A stretch of 64,000 nt of DNA, from NCBI RefSeq assembly GCF_964204645.1, contig NC_134031.1, positions 17,409,807-17,473,806 on the forward strand, given 5' to 3'. Positions 23,601 through 32,090 of the stretch are shown piece after piece; position 1 is the stretch's first letter; each line of letters begins with the position of its first letter. The notes under the pieces are model-generated. The model ran no database searches. It saw nothing but the letters and a program-made list of their open reading frames with translations, and had not been told where the DNA came from. A program made the translations under genes and the position numbers. This stretch comes from Tubulanus polymorphus. Taxonomy: Eukaryota; Animalia; Nemertea.

Positions 23601-24412
23601 CCCACTGGGAAAGGCATAAAAAACGGTGTTTATATTCGCGTGTGAACTCTGCATGTAAACATGCTATCCGCTACGTACACGATCATTCGGACATTTTACA
23701 TTCAATATCCCGAACTGCAAAAACAGGATATCTATCGTTGGGTAGGGGCACTGTGTTGATTATGTTCGGCGACGCCAATAAGGCAGAACAATTTCTCAAA
23801 AATGGATTACTAACTTCCGATCAAGTGCCTAAGTACTGTTCGATCAAAGAGATAAACGATTCGGGCCTATTCGGTGATTATCGGAATACCGTGCTAGAGA
23901 CATGTAAGGAGTATAACCCGTCTGTGAAATTTGTGCTCACCGTCGCTGTACTCGTTGGTACAGACACTCCGTCTAAACCACTACCGATTATTCACGCGGG
24001 TCCCACTATTCAAAGATGCGCCAAACTTCGTCTGTCTTCTACGAAACATTTTTCGCAACGGCATTATGATACTAGACAGGATAAGCCGGATACGTTAATT
24101 CTAACGGCCGTACCGGGCTCTTCTTCCGATGGCATGGACCCGAAACATGCCCGCGAACTGTGTTTTATGAACATTCAGCGAAAACTGCGCGATCGCGGGG
24201 TCGATCTCAAAAAACTGTACCCGTTCGTGTATCGACAGTTGATCGAATACGTGGACAGCGATAAGCATTTTAGTCCGATGACGATATACCCAGTCGATGT
24301 AAAAAACGGTAAAACATTCATGTGTTTGATAATGCCCGATTCCGATCCGGACATAGAATGGATTCAAAGCCCGGATCTCATACAAGAACTCGACCTAGCT
24401 GAGGAATATTGA
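14648..24412 (+). CDS. AJM1: Apical junction component 1 homolog (AJM1/C9orf172-like), giant single coding exon with C-terminal MYND-type zinc finger and AJM1 C-terminal domain
   Basis: C-terminal CRNSKC...[28 protein letters not shown]...GYLSLGRG...TLILT...[14 protein letters not shown]...FSPMTIYP...FMCLIM matches the AJM1 family as I recall it. A polypyrimidine tract and AG acceptor lie at 14638-14639 and the first ATG is at 14648. An upstream coding exon cannot be excluded. Confidence 0.85.
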   Translation: [3254 protein letters not shown]

Positions 24413-27167
24413 AAGCTCAAAATGCTGATGTTACATTTAGGATTCAAAATTGGTTATAGATTTTGGATTTGCTACTTATTGGTTAACATATTTCGTTTCG
24501 ACGTGGTATATTACATGTATAATAGCCGTACATGTAAATATAGAATATTGAGCTGATTCGGAATCATACAGATATACATATCATATTTCACATAACATTA
24601 AGCAGTATTATGTATAATCTTAAAACTGCTTTATACGCATATGTATATGTGTATGTATATATATTTTTTAGCCTGAATAATGTCGATGATAGATTTTAGT
24701 TGTAAATATTTATGATTTTGCCGGGGTGAACTGCTGAGGATTACAGCTTTGATGTTTTTTAAGCTCGATGAATATGAGAACGATATGTTGTTCCGATGTG
24801 TACTGCTGCATCCAGGGGCCAAAACGAGTGTATACATCTCCTTGAATTCGCTAGAAAACAATTTTGAAAACGTTTTTCGCGACCAATTGAATTTAATCTT
24901 GTACCCATAAAACCACTCAGGTTTTGCCCCTTGATATCAGTAAAAACAAACAGTTTAATCACTCTATAGAGTGCATGTATTTTTGCTTTTAAGAAACTGT
25001 ACTTTTCATTGCATTTTGCTGAGCTGAATGATATGCATACACGAACGCGTAAAGCCTCAGAATATTTAATCTATTTTTATGAAACATCAATTTTGCAATT
25101 CCTAAAGCACTCCGCATATCATACTGTCCAGTCTCGCTACGAAGATTCTACATTCTAAATTTCACCGTGAAATAAACTGCTACGTGGAAAATGGGTTCTA
25201 TATGTTTTATAGTTACATAAATGTTGATTATGTAGTGTCTTGTTTTTATATTTTGAATGATCCTTAACGATTTTTAACTAATTCTCTTTGGGAATGAGGG
25301 ATTTTTTAATGATTATGTGATACTGAAAATTCGTCCAAATTTATCGTGGAATTCGTGATTTATTTTCATGGATCAAAAAGCTATTTCTTATATATCATAT
25401 TTATAATGCTATTCCGCCCTTATTAATAAATACTTTTGAATCAATGCCAGTTGCCAGGTATAATTCGTGATCGATAATGACTTAATATATAATGTTGAAA
25501 CATATGTTTAAAATCTCGGAGCTCAATGTCTAAAACAGATTTACGCTCGCATGTTGTTTACTTGCTGTTTCCGTTGTATGATGTTTTCAAATTTTCATTG
25601 TACGTATTCTATTCTAAAAACAAAAATTCGGGTTTTGGCTCTTCATAAAAGATCATACCGTACCGCCCTGCGTTTACCAAGATTAACGTACCGGGTATAT
25701 AGGGTTATATTTATTTTTCGTCATACCTCATGTACCGAAAGATTACATTGAAATGAAAATGTGATAAAGCATGTACATACAATGCATATCTATAACCTTC
25801 ATTGCATTAATGATAATACATACATACATACATACATACAGTGAAACATGTTTGTTAAACTTGTTCGTTCTTTTCTTGGCGAGGAATGCTCTTCGACATT
25901 CAAGGATAACCTATATATTCGATCATGCTCGCGAACCTTTCTTTTATCTCTATCGTACTTGCTTCGTTTTTATACGTGAACCGGTATACCGTACCGAGAA
26001 CGGACGAGGTACTCTGTATGTACGTTTCCTCATTTTTACAACATTGTACATACATGTACAGACTTTCATTGCAGCGCCCAATACCCAGAGATGTTCCTTT
26101 TTTTCTAAATTGAATTGAAGTTTATTTAGACACAAAACATTACAGAGGAGAATACAAATGCATAAATTAAATCAGTTTCTAATGTACAAAAACGTGTCAA
26201 GGATTCGTCCAAAGCCAAACAAGGTTTTTCAAAAGTCTTGTAGGCAAAGTTAATCAATGGTAATTCATACTAATCCACGTACTGCGGGCCATATGGAAAT
26301 CATCGATATCAAAAGATAATCGAGCGCCATCTTAAAAAATATCTGAGATTATAAGAGGTGATTTAGAAGACTGCATTTGTCATAATTTTCTTAATTGTAT
26401 AACTGTAGAATTTGTACGGAAAGGACATTTTACTAATTTCAATCCTAAAACCCTGATGAATGATTGCATATGGCAATATACTGTTCTCTTGAAATATCGT
26501 ATAACCATCTGGTGACGACGAAATAATGCTACCATAGAATGAATATACGAGCAATTATGAAATACATTTCTTACGCCTACTTAAATTCAAATAATTTCCA
26601 TACGTGCATTTTGAACAACAATGAGTCATATTATATTTGATGGGCGTATATCTAAATGATTCAGAATATTTCACTAAATATACACATGCAAGAGGCAGCT
26701 GGAACATGAGCAAAGAACTCATTGAAATGATGTTACTCGACCGTGTCGGATTACAATTCCCAAAATGGGTGCAAGCGATGAGAGTCTTCCATTATTTACA
26801 TAACATTGGTCGAAATGCGTAATGCAAAAACATGCGATAGTTCTAGAGTTATCAATATGATTGATAAACATGTCATCAAAATAAAAAGAAAATGTTGGAG
26901 TAAATTTGGACTGGTGACTGCCACCTGCTTGCATAGAGTGTGTCAAATTGATGTCTAAAAGCTCATCCTGGTTTGAATCTATTGATACGTTCATTGCGCT
27001 ATTTCATATTTAAACGGTGCTTGTTTTCAGCATCGTGTTATTCATTGTACCATTCGTTTCAATAACGTCAACTCCGCGATCGCCCCCTTTCGGAAAATAG
27101 AATTTTCTCATTAATCCTTGACAGAGAGATCTCATCGCCACCGTACGGAATCATCTATGAACAATCA

Positions 27168-28904
27168 TCACTTTTCAAATTCGATGACTGAAAATGATCC
27201 GTTATTTCGAGGTTTTTTACCGATTTTATTGCGTACAAAAGCGACTAGTCTCCCAAATGTTCCTTCGCCGAGTAGCGCCGCATCCAAACAGCGTAACAAA
27301 TGAAATATCTCGGTGTAGTCAGACACGATATCGTAAGCATTCGCCATAGCGGCTATAAGAAAGTTTAACAGCAATATTTCGATTATTATTATAAACGCCG
27401 TGTAGAGAATGATAATCACATGCGGAAATTCGGATTGGTATGGTTCGATTCCGTTGATATTCAGCATTATGAGAAGCGCGCTGAAGAATCCTCTGGCGGT
27501 TGTTTGGAAACCGGTCTTTTTAGCGTAGGAATCTGACTCGCTGTGAATTACTGCCTTCAGAGTTAAAACGAATGAAGTGAAAATCACCATGGCCGTCACC
27601 ATGAAACTCGCCATTTCGACTAACATGCGCTGGTAGCCGGTAACGAACACCCCGATTTTGGGTATGAATTGAAACACGCTCATTGCGCAAAATGCGCTCG
27701 AAGTCGCAGCGATGGCTAAACTGAGATAAAATGCAGACACCGTATCGTAGGTTTGTGTTATTCTTTGATCCGAAAATAACAATCCGATAATAAGGGTTAT
27801 CATAATTGAAATACTTCTTATGCTGCACGTGATCGTGTAAAAATATTGCGACACGACCGTCTTTGAAGATCTTTTCGGCATGTTTAACGGGTATAATTTT
27901 GAATTTATAACCAGATACGAAACGATGACAACCAATTCAACGGAACATAATACAATCAGTATCACCATGAGTGAGTAGATAGGTGTAGGTAGCTTTTCAC
28001 CTGGTTTAGCGGAATGTACTAGTGACACCGAGTACCAAAACAGGCAAGCAACGACTGCCTGGAAAATTGTCACCGGTGCGAAATGCATCCGATATCGTTT
28101 TATTTTACGATGGATCCATTTTCTGATAACCGGTTCTTTGTACAGTTCTTCAAAATCTGCCAATCGGTCATCGGTCACTTTGGTTAAAAACCGTAACGGT
28201 GATTTCCACGCTCGGGAATTGTCAGCACTGACGTCATACTCGTGCAGACGATAAGTGCTCTCTTGCATCGGGCCGTAATGGTCGCTTATGACGCGATAAG
28301 CGTCTTTAATTTGAAGAATCGCCTTCATCAGTTTGAACACACATAATTTGGCCGCTAGTTCTAATGGACGATAGCCGTGCACGTTTTCTTGCTTGAGCAG
28401 ACGAATCAATGTGTCGATTGGCAACGCATTTTCAAGAAAGTCAATTATACTAAGATCAGTCACCTCTGAATCAGGGTTGAGGTGTGAATGGTGACAAAGT
28501 GCGTGTAAAATATTGTCACGACCGCGCGCACTTTGAACAAGAAAATCAAATCCTTGTAAATGAAAATAAGTCAAAACGCGCAGACTGCCGCAAGTAGCTG
28601 CTAACATGATTGGGTATCTGCATGCTTCTTGGAGTTGACAGACCTCTTTGCATTTTGTCGATTTGATCTCTACATCATCAAATCTGAAGAAAATGGTCTT
28701 GAACTGTGCAACTTGTTCGTCATCCAGTGAATTAAAAATGCCATTCAGAGCTTCTTCGTCGTCGGTTATGATCGCGTCATAATAGATGCTATTTTTGTTT
28801 AAATGTAATCCCGGTTGGTGAAGTCGGTATGCTGAGTTTACAGCCCTTGAAATATCAGATCGATGTGAAATATTATTGATCTGGATCGACGTAGTGGTGT
28901 CCAT
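27168..28904 (-). CDS. TRPV-like (TRPV/TRPVL) cation channel, copy A, intronless CDS
   Basis: Ankyrin-like repeats (YPIMLAATCG, DNILHALC, GYRPLELAAKL), a TRPV-type YGP linker, six hydrophobic segments, pore helix FQTTARGFFSALLIML and S6 LLLNFLIAAM. Confidence 0.85.
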   Translation of the reverse strand: MDTTTSIQINNISHRSDISRAVNSAYRLHQPGLHLNKNSIYYDAIITDDEEALNGIFNSLDDEQVAQFKTIFFRFDDVEIKSTKCKEVCQLQEACRYPIMLAATCGSLRVLTYFHLQGFDFLVQSARGRDNILHALCHHSHLNPDSEVTDLSIIDFLENALPIDTLIRLLKQENVHGYRPLELAAKLCVFKLMKAILQIKDAYRVISDHYGPMQESTYRLHEYDVSADNSRAWKSPLRFLTKVTDDRLADFEELYKEPVIRKWIHRKIKRYRMHFAPVTIFQAVVACLFWYSVSLVHSAKPGEKLPTPIYSLMVILIVLCSVELVVIVSYLVINSKLYPLNMPKRSSKTVVSQYFYTITCSIRSISIMITLIIGLLFSDQRITQTYDTVSAFYLSLAIAATSSAFCAMSVFQFIPKIGVFVTGYQRMLVEMASFMVTAMVIFTSFVLTLKAVIHSESDSYAKKTGFQTTARGFFSALLIMLNINGIEPYQSEFPHVIIILYTAFIIIIEILLLNFLIAAMANAYDIVSDYTEIFHLLRCLDAALLGEGTFGRLVAFVRNKIGKKPRNNGSFSVIEFEK

Positions 28905-29033
28905 TACTTTATCTGAAATGACGTTATCTACTAATTTACACTATCAAAACATTTACTACATCAGAATGTATTGATGAATCATATCTTGGCAAGGCAGATT
29001 ATACGATTGAAATTCAAATAATAACCTCCTTAA

Positions 29034-29324
29034 AACCCTTTCCGTGCTGACTAATTAATACCCTAAGTGCAAGAGAAAATGTGAAAATTTGGGAAAATTC
29101 CACCCTAGTGTGTTGATTAACGGGGATAGCACTATAATGCGTCTACACCGCGGCACAGTGTATCGTTAGGTACTAATATTTCACTATGTTTCACGGGTGC
29201 TGTCATCTTTGTATATAGATAAAAACTAAAGACTAATTACACCAATACACCGCAGTGCGGTGTACTAGCAAAATCCATCACCGATTCATACATCGCACTG
29301 CGGTGTAGACGCACTGAAAGGGTT
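29034..29324. mobile_element. piggyBac-like MITE with TTAA target-site duplication
   Basis: TIRs AACCCTTTCCGTGC / GCACTGAAAGGGTT flanked by TTAA on both sides. A paralogous near-empty site lies near 29560 and a related left end near 45282. Confidence 0.65.
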
Positions 29325-30102
29325 TTAACAGGTTTCCTTTCACTTTGCAAACTGTTCACTTAACGCCAACATTTTTCAGAAAACAGATTTGCTCAATTTA
29401 ACTCAAATTCGATGAAAATTCCATTCGTTATAACGCCAAATTATGTATAACCCCCGTGTCTTCATTGGTCTCAACGGTTGCGTTATAAAGGACTTTTACT
29501 GACACCAGAATTCATTAATCTATCTTATATTGAAAAGGCTGAGTACACGATTCAAATAGTAACCTCCTTACCAGGCTTCTTTTCACTTTGCAATCCCGCC
29601 AGCGAAATTTCCTCAGTCATTTGCTTATCAAACGTAAATCCAAAGTTTTGATTGTAAACCGTACGCTGTGCACACACATTTGAGTTTCAGGTTTCTAGTG
29701 ACAGCTTGAGTTTGCTGGTTTTAATGATGTAAATACGTGATTTTTAAATGTAACAAAAGGATAATAAAATATATCAAAAAGGTGGTGAAATAGTTACCCC
29801 GATCATTTTAGAATTTGTAACAACTAAATCGCCTGTTTTGGTATAACAATACCCATCACTTCGATGCCAAAATCTTTCATTAGTAAATATTGAATGAGTA
29901 ATTAGTAATCTACCGTCATCGGTTGTGCATTAGTAATATTTCATTGTCAACATTAATGATAGATAGATAGATAGACTACAACAAACAATCTATTCGCAAG
30001 AGACCTGTTATGAAAATTGAACTACGTAAATCATGCGGGTGATGATTTCAGGATATATTTCATGAAAACACAAGGGAGACCGACAAACGGAAGGCAGCCC
30101 CG

Positions 30103-30338
30103 GTGAACTTCGGTTATCGGAGTTAGTCGACTATAGTCGAACTACGAGTGAAATCGAATGTCAGTTAGACGGAACTCGAAATGGCTGACGACGGGATTGA
30201 GTACGGTGGCTGCAGTTCAGACCTATAGTCCCAAGATGGCCGAGAGTGTCGAATGCGTTACGACTGAACTACAGTGCGTTCGGACGTTATTAGTTCCGAC
30301 TAACTAGTCGACTAGCTACGAAAAAATAAAGTTCGCCC
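30103..30338. mobile_element. MITE with imperfect terminal inverted repeats (family also at 42999-43162)
   Basis: TTCGGTTATC..TTAGTCGACTATAGTCGAACTA ... TAGTTCCGAC..CTAGTCGACTAG..ACGAAAA is shared with the copy in an XRN1 intron. Confidence 0.6.
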
Positions 30339-31074
30339 ACAATGTCACCAGCAACTGGTCATTTTGTATGCCCATCATGTGTAGCCATATGCGTGTCACG
30401 CATCGGCGCTGTCTGCTGCCTCATTTCGAAACGCACTGAACCTCAGCATACAACAACAACGTGTGGGACAGCTTGATTTTGCGGGTTATATGTTGTTTAT
30501 TTTTCGATATTTCTCGTATAAGGAAAGATAAAACGGGTAAATCATAGTATCCAAAATGTTTCCCCAATTTTAGTGAATGAATATTGAATCAATGAATAGT
30601 ATTTAGCGTCATTGGTTGCGCATTTCATATATTTCATTATCAACATCAATAATTGATAAATCATACAGCAAACGATCTATTCGCAAGAGACCTGTCTTAA
30701 TTGGTACAAAAATACACGTGTAATGATAATAAATTCAGGCTGTAATTGACACGGATTTCATTCTATAAAACATTTCATATCAATACAATATGCGAATATA
30801 TGGCAATCAGCATTGAATAAATCCCAAGGGATGAAACCAACAGTGAACATTTACTTTCACAGTTTCTCCGAGGGAGAAAGTGAACAAATTTCGATCTGTC
30901 GCGCTTAAGACGAAAATACACGGAAAACTACCAAAAAATATAAAAAATGGACAAAATGTTTATTTATTACCATTGATGTATTAAATAAGGCAGCCAACAA
31001 AATTAACCCCAATCAGCTGCTTACTGGTTAAGGCTGGTTGGAAGATATAGTTGAGTTAACCGTAACCGAACCAA

Positions 31075-31240
31075 TTGTTTACTTCGATTTAACAAAAATT
31101 CTGTAAATTCGACCGCCGATTACACAACTATCTGTACTTCAATTTCCGATTTCTGAATCAAACCCCCTGCTTCGCTCCCGGCCGGTGTGGTGGGTTTGTA
31201 AGGGAAATAAAATCAAAACAAAAATCAAACGATATCTTAT
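31075..31240 (+). repeat. Interspersed repeat (second copy ~41925-42090)
   Basis: Shared AAAAATTCTGTAAA.TCGACC...CACAACTA...AAACCCCCTG.TTCGCTCCCGGC.GGTGTGGTG.GTTTGTAA. Confidence 0.65.
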
Positions 31241-32090
31241 CAATTAAATAAATAGCAGGAAGAAAAGACGAAAATATGAACAAAGTATCTTCCAACCATG
31301 GACGAACGATTTTTCGCAAATGTGCGCTTGTATTTCAACGTTGCGCAAGACAATCTAAAAACTGATTAGGCCCTCTGACTGGAAAAGGACACCACAAATC
31401 AAAGTGCTGCGCTTGAAAGGTTGGATCAAAATAAAACTCTCACTATAGTGACATACGGAAGAAGTAAAAGTGCAGGTTGCACATTGAAATGCATAATTGA
31501 ATAACAATGAAATTCATCTGGGTTTTTAATGCATTTTAATTATAGTAGTTATTCAGATTCTTAGAATTAATTTCCATGAATTAATATTCATGATGCATAA
31601 TGAAATTCATAAGAATATCGACATATTTCGTTATAAATTGCGATTATATATACTGAAGCGTCTCAGGGATATCAAGAATAGCGTGTCGATGAATTACGAA
31701 TGAATAATATACATATTTTTCATTTTTAAATACTAATCAGATTCGCTTTATGGATTAAGTAAAAATGGTTTTTGGTAGTTCAACCGATACGTCGAAAATA
31801 ATTCAATTCATTCGTGATTGTGCGTGAAGTCAATGATAGATAAATCATGTTATTTCAAGAAGAGCTAAAGATTTTACCCAAAAACCAACATTTCGGTTCC
31901 TGATTAGTATCAAATCATAACTATACAGATATGTGCGTAACAGAAAAGCAGAATAACCTGTTGATGTATATACATTGAAGATAGATACACCTGCCCTATT
32001 TCATATGTAAGAACAATATTGAAACCACAGGACAATAAACTTCCTGGTCACCTTCCTTTGTGTCTAATCGACGAGAGCCCGTCACAGAAA

